This document shows positions 48,551 through 56,350 of a DNA stretch of 64,000 nt, piece after piece. The DNA is from Candidatus Micrarchaeota archaeon (GTDB lineage: Archaea > Micrarchaeota > Micrarchaeia > Norongarragalinales > SBBD01). The stretch covers positions 96,001 through 160,000 of the forward strand of contig JAHJQN010000003.1 in assembly GCA_018819225.1 (NCBI GenBank), given 5' to 3'. The notes beneath the pieces are model-generated. The model did not search any database. It saw only the letters and a list, made by a program, of their open reading frames with translations, and had not been told where the DNA came from. Within the stretch, counting starts at the first letter, position 1; every line of letters begins with the position of its first letter. The position numbers and the translations under genes were made by a program.

Positions 48551-49483
48551 ATGCCCAGCTTGAACATCGCGGTTCTCGGAAAGAATGAACAGGAGCGCGA
48601 GCAAGCCGCTTCAGCCCTCGCCAAGAAAGGAACCGCGGACGATCTCGGGTTTTACCATACCGTGTTTCAAGGAAAAATTGTTTCGGTAGTGGATCCGAAA
48701 GCGTATCCCGGAAAACTGTCTTCGTTCATGCAAACGCTTTCGATCACGAATCAAGCGCTCGTCATCGCTCCGGAACCTTCACCCGAACTCGGCGAAATCA
48801 TTGTCGCTCTGGACGCCCTGAAAAAGCACGCGGTCACCATCGTAACGGATATGGATCTATCCGGCTTCCTGAACGGAACGAGTCTCGAACGTGCGCAACT
48901 CGTTACAAACATTGAGGAAGCCAAAACACACCTGTTTTCACAAGAAACACCGTTGCGGGAAGGAGACGCGGAAGTACTCATCGACCACTGCTTCGAAGTG
49001 AAAGGCGTGGGAACCGTTGCCCTTGGATTCGTAAAGCAAGGCACGATCAACGTTCACGATAAACTGCAGGCAGAACCCATTGGAAAGACTATGGAAATAC
49101 GCAGTATTCAAAAAAACGATGCGGACGCGAAAACCGCTGCAAGCGGGGACCGGGTAGGCCTTTCATTGAAGGGACTGCGTTCGGAAGAAGTGCCGCGCGG
49201 CACCATTTTCTCGAAAACAGCGTGGAACAAGGGAGTAGAGCTTGAATGCGAAGTAACGGCAACACGCTTCCGGAAAGAACCGTTGAAAAGCGGAGTGATT
49301 CACGCGAGCCTGGGCGTGCAATTCCAGCCCGTGCGCATTGAATGCGAAGAGATCGCGCCGGGAACCAGCGGGAAAGCAATACTTCAGTTCGAGAAACCGT
49401 TTGCGTTCAATAAAGGCGAGCCACTCATATTATGCGACTTGAACGCGAAAGGCCTGCGCATCGTGGGAAAGACAATTATTTAA
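48551..49483 (+). CDS. SelB-like translation factor homologue with degenerate G domain (aSelBL type)
   Basis: LAKKGT remnant, IDHCFEVKGVGTVALG, IRSIQ.ND, GDRVGL.LKG, RG; no intact P-loop. Confidence 0.8.
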   Translation: MPSLNIAVLGKNEQEREQAASALAKKGTADDLGFYHTVFQGKIVSVVDPKAYPGKLSSFMQTLSITNQALVIAPEPSPELGEIIVALDALKKHAVTIVTDMDLSGFLNGTSLERAQLVTNIEEAKTHLFSQETPLREGDAEVLIDHCFEVKGVGTVALGFVKQGTINVHDKLQAEPIGKTMEIRSIQKNDADAKTAASGDRVGLSLKGLRSEEVPRGTIFSKTAWNKGVELECEVTATRFRKEPLKSGVIHASLGVQFQPVRIECEEIAPGTSGKAILQFEKPFAFNKGEPLILCDLNAKGLRIVGKTII

Positions 49484-49496
49484 AAAAAAAGGAGTG

Positions 49497-49604
49497 TGCA
49501 GGGGACCGGAGGTGCAACCGACCTTTCTTAACCAGAAAGCTCGACCAAAGAGCGTCAGCGCAGCGACTTTTTGATCGACATTTTTCAAAAAAGGTCGGAG
49601 TGCA
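49497..49604 (-). repeat. Hairpin element plus duplicated tRNA-Leu 3' end
   Basis: tgcaggggaccgga (49497-49510) vs tgcagggggccgga (49601-49614), 13/14 identical. Between them are nested inverted repeats ccgaccttt/aaaggtcgg and tcgaccaaagag/ctttttgatcga. Confidence 0.7.
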
Positions 49605-49685
49605 GGGGGCCGGATTTGAACCGGCGGACCCCTAAGGGACAAGCTCCTGAAGCTTGCGCATTTGACCAGGCTCTGCCACCCCTGC
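49601..49685 (-). tRNA. tRNA-Leu(CAG)
   Basis: GCAGGGG/CCCCTGC-A acceptor stem, CAAGC-TTCAGGA-GCTTG anticodon arm, long variable arm, GCCGG-TTCAAAT-CCGGC T arm; no encoded CCA. Confidence 0.96.
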
Positions 49686-49864
49686 AAGAAACGTATTAAT
49701 TGGGAAACAAGGATTATAAAACCGGAAGCGGTGCATGCAATGATCCGGCGGTTATAGATACACGTACATCGGTTAAACCCGTTGTCGATCCTTCAACCCA
49801 ACCCATATATTGAAATTCCCGCATAGAATCGTTCACTCAATTAAGTACTATTAGGTGATGGATT

Positions 49865-50113
49865 ATGGGTTGTGGAGGAAACTGTCGATGTGGGCATGAC
49901 GAGATGACGTGGGTCGAGTACGGAAACCGAATCGCTTACGGCGCCAAGAAGGAGCTGCTGCACGAGGCGATCCGCGAACGCATGGCGAAAAAGCATGGAA
50001 AAGAAGTGGAAGCCATAGCGGAAGCGGTGATCAAGATCTCTGAAGGCGATTCCAAGCACGAAAACGAAGTGGAAGAGCGTTTAGAGAAGCTGTTCGGGGA
50101 AGAGGAAGAGTAA
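49865..50113 (+). CDS. Small helical protein with Cys/His-rich N-terminus (MGCGGNCRCGH)
   Basis: AGGTGA SD upstream, T-rich terminator-like tract downstream. Confidence 0.75.
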   Translation: MGCGGNCRCGHDEMTWVEYGNRIAYGAKKELLHEAIRERMAKKHGKEVEAIAEAVIKISEGDSKHENEVEERLEKLFGEEEE

Positions 50114-50210
50114 GCATGTCCGTTCGGGCGTTACGACGCCCCCTTTTTTCTTTTTTTCGAATCATGAGCCTCTGCTTTTTTAAGGTATTCCGGCATAATG
50201 GAGAGCGTAC

Positions 50211-50332
50211 GCTCCGATCGTCTAGTTCGGTCAAGGACGCAGGATTCTCAATCCTGTGACCCGGGTTCAAAACGCGCCGCTCTATCAAAACAACAGCAGC
50301 CAGAGCGTCTCGTGAAACTCCCGGTCGGAGCA
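50211..50332 (+). tRNA. tRNA-Glu(CTC) with a 47-nt intron at position 59/60 (intron 50272-50318)
   Basis: GCTCCGA/TCGGAGC-A acceptor stem, CAGGA-TTCTCAA-TCCTG anticodon arm. The T loop is interrupted by an insert that forms a BHB (TTCA/TGAA helix, AAA and ACT bulges). Confidence 0.92.
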
Positions 50333-50335
50333 TAC

Positions 50336-50370
50336 AAAAAAAAGAGGCAGGGGGTCTTTGCAGACCCCCT
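50336..50370 (-). terminator. 9-bp hairpin with GCAA tetraloop followed by a T8 tract
   Basis: Minus strand reads AGGGGGTCT-GCAA-AGACCCCCT-GCCTC-TTTTTTTT. Confidence 0.7.
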
Positions 50371-50404
50371 ATCATAATCAAACGAGTTAGTAACTCATCG
50401 TCGT

Positions 50405-50446
50405 TTACTCTTCGTTTTCTTGAGCCTTACCCTTTTTCTTTCCCAT
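50405..50446 (-). CDS. Putative 13-aa peptide MGKKKGKAQENEE
   Basis: GAGGTGA SD (50452-50458) 5 nt before the ATG; purine-rich codons. Confidence 0.45.
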   Translation of the reverse strand: MGKKKGKAQENEE

Positions 50447-50460
50447 GCGATTCACCTCAT

Positions 50461-50660
50461 CGGCGAGCATCCTTTGGCCTGGCTACCATTAGCTGAACGA
50501 CAAGCAGGCACATGTGTCTGGGCGGCGGCTCCTCCAGTAAACTTAACATCAGTTCATACGGTTTCGTTCCACGTTGTTTTCAGGCCGCCAATGTCCTCCC
50601 CAGCCCGGGACAGCCGACCGCCAAAGGCGCGCTCCCCGGATCCAGGCGCAGATCCCTTCC
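50461..50660 (-). ncRNA. Unidentified structured RNA (178-nt rod plus 5' hairpin)
   Basis: Nested stems CGG-GAGC-CCTTTGGC/GCCAAAGG-GCTC-CCG, GGCTGTC/GGTAGCC, GGCTGGG/TTCAGCT and GGCGGC/GCCGCC. G-U pairs only work on the minus strand. AT-rich TATA-like tract at 50680-50694. Confidence 0.6.
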
Positions 50661-50784
50661 GCAATGCAGTTCCAACAACATAAAAATATATTAATCCAGA
50701 TCTTACCGTCACGTGGCTGCCTTCCCAGGAGCACATCAAAAGCTTTAAACCGTCAACGCCATTGAGTATACGCGAGGGGTAGTA

Positions 50785-52356
50785 TTGCTAACGAAAGCGA
50801 ACGCGATACGAATCGGTATAGCACTGGCGCTGATCATCGGCATTCTGCTGCGATTCAATTTCGTTCTCCTGCCCATGAACGACGAGGTGCTATACATTGC
50901 CGCATCCATGGAAAAATACAGTGATTTTGCTCCGACTAAAGAACTCAACGCGGAGCACCCGCCGCTCGCGAAAATGTTTTTCGGAATGGCGTGCGTCATG
51001 GCGCCATGCGATTCCCACGTCCTCCAATTCCATTACCGAAAGTATTACCCGCTGGCGGTTCCGCTCATGAGCGTGGCCGCTGAACTCGTTCCGGTCATGG
51101 AAGCCATGCGTCTAATCGCCCTGCTGTTCTCATTGCTGTTGGCCATAGTCATTTACTACTACGCGCGAAAAGAATACGGAAAAGAAGCCGCAGCCGTTCT
51201 GTTCGCTATGACGATGATCTCCCCCAACCTTATCCTCTACTCCAACGTCGTCATGCTCGACATGATCATGCTCTTCTTTTTCACGACAACCCTATTCTAC
51301 TACATTTACACGTACCGCCGAAACCGCTCCATGAAACACCTCGCGGCATTAATGTCGCTTTTGATTCTCACGCTCGGCACCAAACAATACTTGCCGTTGT
51401 TACTGCTCCCGATCATCGCAGCCATTGAACTCACCGAGTACAGGAAACGAAAAGAAACGGATTGGAGATTGGCGGGCGGATTGGCGGCAGGCGTATTCAT
51501 TTTCTTTTTAATCATTTACCCGTTTGAATTATTTTATTACCACTTGTTCAACCATTACCAAGGATCCACGCTATTGAGTGCGGGCATCAACCTCAGCCTC
51601 CTGCCCACGCTGCTGGCGAGAATCGAACTTCCGCTCCTCGTCCTTCTGGGCCTGACGGCGCATGCGGCGTATAAGGAAAAGGCGTTTAGGCCGGAAGAAA
51701 CCTTTCTGTTACTGGCCGCAGGCATCATCGCATTCGCATCGCTAAAATTCCCTCCCGAACTCAGTTCGTTCCGGTACGTGCTCACGTTTTACCCTCCGCT
51801 CATACTCGTATGTGGAAAGGGCTTGCAGGAAATGAATGCCCAAAAAATGAAAGGTGTCATGGCCCTGCTCGGCCTATCGTTCATCGTCGTGATGGCTCAC
51901 TACCCGTACTACGATGATTTCAAGGGACCGCTGGGATACGCGTGGAGACACGAGCCCGTGGAACGCACCCCCTATTTCGATGTGCTCGCGTACATAAACG
52001 ATCACCATCCCGAAGAACGCGTTCTGACAACGGATTTCTACGCGCTCCCGTATACGGAAAAACGCTTGGCCAACTTCCTCGACTATTTCCGCGCCAAAGA
52101 CTATTTGAATGAAAGCAATTGGATCGCGGAAGACGAGGAAACCGGACAGATCAGTTTCCGAACGAAATTCCAGGACTCGTTTTGCACGGACCCGCAAATC
52201 GCGTACGCGCACCTCAAACAAGATGGAATGCGCATCGTGGTGTATCGCATCAAGAACGACGCCTCGCTGTTCTCGTGCCCGGCACTCGAGTTCGTGCTCC
52301 AACGCATGGAAGTCGAATACTCGAACACGCACTTCGCGGTATTTCGAATTGATTGA
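50785..52356 (+). CDS. GT-C (PMT/ArnT-like) glycosyltransferase, paralog C
   Basis: LPMNDEVLY...EHPPLAK, SNVVMLD, YPYYD...PVER. Confidence 0.8.
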   Translation: MLTKANAIRIGIALALIIGILLRFNFVLLPMNDEVLYIAASMEKYSDFAPTKELNAEHPPLAKMFFGMACVMAPCDSHVLQFHYRKYYPLAVPLMSVAAELVPVMEAMRLIALLFSLLLAIVIYYYARKEYGKEAAAVLFAMTMISPNLILYSNVVMLDMIMLFFFTTTLFYYIYTYRRNRSMKHLAALMSLLILTLGTKQYLPLLLLPIIAAIELTEYRKRKETDWRLAGGLAAGVFIFFLIIYPFELFYYHLFNHYQGSTLLSAGINLSLLPTLLARIELPLLVLLGLTAHAAYKEKAFRPEETFLLLAAGIIAFASLKFPPELSSFRYVLTFYPPLILVCGKGLQEMNAQKMKGVMALLGLSFIVVMAHYPYYDDFKGPLGYAWRHEPVERTPYFDVLAYINDHHPEERVLTTDFYALPYTEKRLANFLDYFRAKDYLNESNWIAEDEETGQISFRTKFQDSFCTDPQIAYAHLKQDGMRIVVYRIKNDASLFSCPALEFVLQRMEVEYSNTHFAVFRID

Positions 52357-52465
52357 AACCCGTCGGAAGCCGCCCATTGAGGCTTTAAAATCATTTTTAA
52401 GTTTCAACAGAATCATTTTATATGCTGACCAACGCATCACGTATCTGATTCATTAGGTGATGGAC

Positions 52466-52975
52466 ATGAAAGTAGGAGAAAAAGCCCCGCAATTCAATTT
52501 GGAAGCATACTCCAACGGAGAAATCAAAAAAGTATCCTCCAACGATTTCGAAGGGAAATGGCAAGTCCTGTTCTTTTACCCACGCGATTTCACGTTCGTC
52601 TGCCCCACGGAGCTGAAATCGTTGGCGACGCACCACACGGATTTTGAAAAAGAGGGTGCGCAAATTATCGGCGTCTCAACGGATAGCGCGCATTCTCATA
52701 AAGCGTGGTTCGAAAAAGACTTGCCGGAAGTGAAGTACCCGGTTCTCGCGGACACGGGACACCACCTCGCGCAGGAATATGAGATTCTCATCGAATCCGA
52801 CGGAACCGCTCTGCGAGGCGCGTTCATTATTGACCCGAAAGGCATTCTCCAGTACGCCGTCGTCTCCAACTTGAACGTCGGCCGATCCGTCAGCGAATTG
52901 CTGCGCGTCCTGAAAGCGCTGAAAACCGGGGGCTTGTGCCCCGTGGAATGGAAGCCAGGAGAAAAAACCCTCTGA
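52466..52975 (+). CDS. ahpC: Peroxiredoxin (AhpC/Prx1, 2-Cys)
   Basis: FFYPRDFTFVCPTE, GRS, LCPVEW; AGGTGA SD. Confidence 0.92.
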   Translation: MKVGEKAPQFNLEAYSNGEIKKVSSNDFEGKWQVLFFYPRDFTFVCPTELKSLATHHTDFEKEGAQIIGVSTDSAHSHKAWFEKDLPEVKYPVLADTGHHLAQEYEILIESDGTALRGAFIIDPKGILQYAVVSNLNVGRSVSELLRVLKALKTGGLCPVEWKPGEKTL

Positions 52976-52977
52976 AA

Positions 52978-53334
52978 TCAAAATAAGGGAACCAGGAGGC
53001 CAACGGAGTAAGAAACGGTATTGGCTGCCACGGATAGAACAAGCGCATTTCGGAGTTTTAAGCGAAGCAAGTAGCTCAACAACAACGTTTCCGCGAGTGT
53101 GACGAGGACTTCACCAAATAGAATGTAATACGCGGAGTTGACGAACGGGGGAAGCACGAACCACAAATAGGGAAGCGTCAGCGTCGACGGAATAATGGCA
53201 GCGGCCAACCATTCGCGCGGTTTCCACGATGGCTTGATGCGGAACGCGTTCAGCTTCCAAAAAACCAGTAGGACGCCGGCCTCCAAAAATAGAGTAACGG
53301 CCAGCGCCTGCACGAACCGCACTTCCGGCAGCAT
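52978..53334 (-). CDS. Small 4-TM membrane protein
   Basis: T...E, TLPYLW, GE..V...E, AN..S...G; hydrophobic; 1 nt downstream of the exported protein. Confidence 0.7.
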   Translation of the reverse strand: MLPEVRFVQALAVTLFLEAGVLLVFWKLNAFRIKPSWKPREWLAAAIIPSTLTLPYLWFVLPPFVNSAYYILFGEVLVTLAETLLLSYLLRLKLRNALVLSVAANTVSYSVGLLVPLF

Positions 53335-53335
53335 G

Positions 53336-54061
53336 CTAACAACTCTGTCCGAACAATTGCTGGAAGAAGCACGCGATCCCGCTCACGAACGCAGTCAATG
53401 GATCCGTTACGTCGCCGACAGGACGTATCGAGAGCGTCGGAGTAACCGTCGCAAACCGTGTCGGCGTAGGAGATACCGGGCTTTCAGGAGTGGGCGTCAC
53501 ATCCTCGGGCGGAATCGGCGGCATGTCGTCATCATTGTATAAGGAGGGAACCGGGAGCACACCCGTATCGTCATTATAAGGGACGTCCGGCTCGAGAATG
53601 GAATCCGGGTTTACTTCCGCATTCGATAAGTCGAGTTTCAACTCGCATCGACGGGTTCGATCCAAGAAATTCTGGTTCGTGCATTTACTGAACTCCACGG
53701 GATTTTCTCCATACCGCTCAACGAGATACGTATTGGAGTTCATGGTGACATACGCATTGCAATAATCGACGTGGCGGTAGTTGAGATAATACGGTTCCTG
53801 AATCTCGCAGCCGTACCCGGAGCAGGAGGCAGTATAAGAGTATACTTCAACGGGGGAATACGTACCGGGAGCCTTAACTATTTCCGGACCAGGACTCCAA
53901 CGGTAACCGAAGCACTTGACCGAGTATTCCAGAGCGTCATCCACCGGAACCCCGTCGTTCTCAATGTAAACGGTAGTAATCGCAGGAGTGGTCACATCCG
54001 CATTAGCGAGAGGCACGAACGCCATCATGGCGAAAAGCAACATTGTGAAAACCGTTTTCAT
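53336..54061 (-). CDS. Exported Cys-containing protein with Pro/Thr-rich tail
   Basis: Signal-peptide-like N-terminus (..ANA/DV), six Cys in a compact domain, PTP-rich linker, terminal CFFQQLFGQSC; GGTGA SD. Confidence 0.75.
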   Translation of the reverse strand: MKTVFTMLLFAMMAFVPLANADVTTPAITTVYIENDGVPVDDALEYSVKCFGYRWSPGPEIVKAPGTYSPVEVYSYTASCSGYGCEIQEPYYLNYRHVDYCNAYVTMNSNTYLVERYGENPVEFSKCTNQNFLDRTRRCELKLDLSNAEVNPDSILEPDVPYNDDTGVLPVPSLYNDDDMPPIPPEDVTPTPESPVSPTPTRFATVTPTLSIRPVGDVTDPLTAFVSGIACFFQQLFGQSC

Positions 54062-54100
54062 GGAATCACCGAGTCCTTGAGAAAAGGGGTCGTTATAAGG

Positions 54101-54116
54101 TTAAGCATTTGGTTAA
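54101..54116. promoter_or_regulatory. Third operator-like copy TTAAGCATTTGGTTAA
   Basis: Matches the 46180 motif; abuts a TTATAA box upstream of the 54061 gene. Confidence 0.5.
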
Positions 54117-54157
54117 GAAATTTGTTGAGAAACCAAAGCGATATATTCATCCACGCA

Positions 54158-54958
54158 ATGACGCATGCGATTCAACTGAAACAACGAAGCACCGTATTGA
54201 TTACAGGAGGAAGCCAAGGCATCGGAAGAGCAATGGCCGACGAGTTCGCAGCGCACGGATTCGATGTGGTGTTGGTGGCAAGGCACCAGGACATGCTTGA
54301 GAAAGCCAAAAACGAATTGGAAAACCGGTATCACACGCACGCGCATATTATTGCAATCGATTTAACCGCACCGGGAGCCGTAGAGAAAGTGTACAAGGAA
54401 ACCAAGCGCAAACGCATCCCAGTCGAAATTCTCGTCAATAACGCGGGATTCGGTTCGTGGGGATTGTTTCACGAAAACCGTTGGAAAATCGAAGCGAACG
54501 AATTGCAGTTGAACATCGTGGCGTTATCACATCTCACGCACGCGTACCTTCAAGACATGGTCAAAGCCAAGCACGGAAAAATATTGAACGTGTCCTCGAT
54601 AGTTGCTTTTCAGCCCGGGCCGTTCATGGCCGTATATTACGCGAGCAAAGCTTACGTCAACTCGTTCTCGGAAGCGCTATCGGAAGAGCTGAAGGGAACC
54701 GGAGTCACTGTCACTACATTATGCCCGGGAGCCACTCAAACCAAGTTTCATGAACGTGCGGGAGTGGATGCCCGCTCGATTCCTAAAGCGGCTTGGATGA
54801 GCGCGCAAGACGTCGCGGAAGCGGGATACGAAGGAATGATGAAAGGCAAACGCATCGTGATTCCAGGAAATAAAAACCAGGTCATGATTTGGCTATCGCG
54901 CATCACCCCCAAAAGCATTTTATTGAAAGCGGTACGGCGGTTTCAGGAGAATCGGTAA
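54158..54958 (+). CDS. Short-chain dehydrogenase/reductase (DltE-like)
   Basis: TGGSQGIG, NNAGFG, YYASK, LCPGAT.T. Start moved to ATG 54158. Confidence 0.92.
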   Translation: MTHAIQLKQRSTVLITGGSQGIGRAMADEFAAHGFDVVLVARHQDMLEKAKNELENRYHTHAHIIAIDLTAPGAVEKVYKETKRKRIPVEILVNNAGFGSWGLFHENRWKIEANELQLNIVALSHLTHAYLQDMVKAKHGKILNVSSIVAFQPGPFMAVYYASKAYVNSFSEALSEELKGTGVTVTTLCPGATQTKFHERAGVDARSIPKAAWMSAQDVAEAGYEGMMKGKRIVIPGNKNQVMIWLSRITPKSILLKAVRRFQENR

Positions 54959-55032
54959 AGCAATAGCGCGATATGTCGCGTGGGATAGGAACGCCAGAAG
55001 GCTTTTTTAAGGAGGAACGGAAACGTAAGTGT

Positions 55033-55128
55033 ATGCCGATCGTTATCGACGCCGGAACGCTCTTATTGTTCGCCGTGATCGCACTGGCTGCCATCGCATT
55101 AAACAGTCGAATGAATCGCCAGCACTAA
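55033..55128 (+). CDS. 31-aa single-TM protein (MPIVIDAGTLLLFAVIALAAIALNSRMNRQH)
   Basis: TTTTTAA box ~25 nt upstream; hydrophobic core. Confidence 0.45.
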   Translation: MPIVIDAGTLLLFAVIALAAIALNSRMNRQH

Positions 55129-55137
55129 CCCGCGGAA

Positions 55138-55236
55138 TTAAAAATAGGTTATCACGAAAGAGGCAAAGTAATACATGGCTAGAAGGATCGCGGCTAACAC
55201 CACGAATCCGCCCACTCGACCGTACAACATGACCAT
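55138..55236 (-). CDS. ~32-aa single-TM protein (MVMLYGRVGGFVVLAAILLAMYYFASFVITYF)
   Basis: GAGGT upstream; hydrophobic; convergent with 55033..55128. Confidence 0.4.
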   Translation of the reverse strand: MVMLYGRVGGFVVLAAILLAMYYFASFVITYF

Positions 55237-55355
55237 GACCTCGAGGAATCTTTTCTTGTTTGTGCACGTCAAATATTAAGCTTTCGAATCACGGGGAAAA
55301 CGATTTATAAGCAGGCGTCCCGTATGGCTTTCACCGGTGGAGGAGGTGAACGAAA

Positions 55356-55901
55356 ATGGATGGAAAGCACCTGCTCCTCGTAACCACGTTCTTCTTTCTC
55401 GGAACGTTTGCGGGATTCTTTGCTGCCGAAGGCAGCCTGCCACAGTACGGCCTCCACGGAAGCGTTCAACCCGTATTTTCTCCCGGGGCCGAGATCGCGA
55501 TGGTGCGCGCCCTCGCAAGCGCCGAGCGTTCAATTGATATTGAGTTATTTCAGTTTACTTACTCGGGTTTGAGGGAAGCGCTCGTGCTCGCGGTCGAACG
55601 CGGAGTCCACGTGCGCTTGATCCTGGATCCCAAAATCGATCGCAACTGGGCAACCGCCGAATTCCTGAAATCCAAAGGGGTTCGTGTTCGCTGGAGTTCG
55701 CAAGCATTTTATTATACGCATTCCAAGTATGCGGTGATGGATCAAAAAAAAGTGATGGTGGGAAGCACGAATTGGAGTTACAATGCCATGAAGCGCAATC
55801 GCGAAGCCGCCGTTATCATCGAGCAAGCCGAATTAGCGGAAGCATTCGAACGAATGTATGAAGCCGATTGGAATGACGCAGCCGAGGTGGAAACGCCTTG
55901 A
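55356..55901 (+). CDS. Phospholipase D/Nuc-like single-HKD protein, N-terminally anchored or exported
   Basis: FSP, RGV.VR, HSKYAVMD....VGSTNWS, NRE; GAGGTGA SD. Confidence 0.88.
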   Translation: MDGKHLLLVTTFFFLGTFAGFFAAEGSLPQYGLHGSVQPVFSPGAEIAMVRALASAERSIDIELFQFTYSGLREALVLAVERGVHVRLILDPKIDRNWATAEFLKSKGVRVRWSSQAFYYTHSKYAVMDQKKVMVGSTNWSYNAMKRNREAAVIIEQAELAEAFERMYEADWNDAAEVETP

Positions 55902-56350
55902 AATTCGATTCCAAAAAACTGGTGATTCGAAAGGCCTCGAAAAACGAGTTGTACAGCATCACCGTGATGACGCGCGCGTTCTTCCCGTATACCGGCTTCA
56001 CGATGGACACGATCCAGAAACGTCTTCGGGACCCGCGCATTCACTACCTCGTCGCCTTGTACGAAAAGCATACTGTGGGATTCATTGACTGGAAAGACCA
56101 TCCCAAAAACCTGAAGATCATGGGGCTCGCGGTCCTGCAAGAGTTTCAACGCCGGCACATCGGAGAAAGGCTGTTGCAGGAAGCGCTCGCGCACGCGAAA
56201 AAAAAGAAAAAGAATCGCATCGTGTTACTGGTCAGCGCCACCAATCATGCCGCGGATGCGCTCTATCGAAAATACGCGTTCCGGAAAGTCGGAAAGCTCG
56301 CGAAACCCATTGGAGGGCAAGACGTGCTCTTGTACGAAAAAAATCTTTAG
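55898..56350 (+). CDS. GNAT N-acetyltransferase (RimI-like)
   Basis: LAV..EFQRRHIGERLL, V...N..A..LYRK..F. Confidence 0.85.
   Translation: MKFDSKKLVIRKASKNELYSITVMTRAFFPYTGFTMDTIQKRLRDPRIHYLVALYEKHTVGFIDWKDHPKNLKIMGLAVLQEFQRRHIGERLLQEALAHAKKKKKNRIVLLVSATNHAADALYRKYAFRKVGKLAKPIGGQDVLLYEKNL

Noticed and set aside
48551-49483. True SelB or a selenocysteine system
   Set aside because: G-domain motifs are degenerate, and no tRNA-Sec or selD is seen in the window.
50461-50660. RNase P RNA, SRP RNA, tmRNA or hammerhead identity for the structured RNA
   Set aside because: No GAGGAAAGUCC or ACAGAA conserved regions, no CAGG-GGAA-AGCA helix 8, no tRNA-like ends. CTGATG and GAAAC are present but cannot form a hammerhead core.
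52385-52400. TTAAAATCATTTTTAA upstream of ahpC as a fourth copy of the ArsR-type operator
   Set aside because: Same TTAA-N8-TTAA spacing but lacks the inner GCA/TG core; it may be a different site or just an AT-rich promoter.
53771-54157. Long N-terminal extension of the SDR in the ORF track
   Set aside because: It overlaps the opposite-strand exported-protein gene; the SDR fold begins near ATG 54158.
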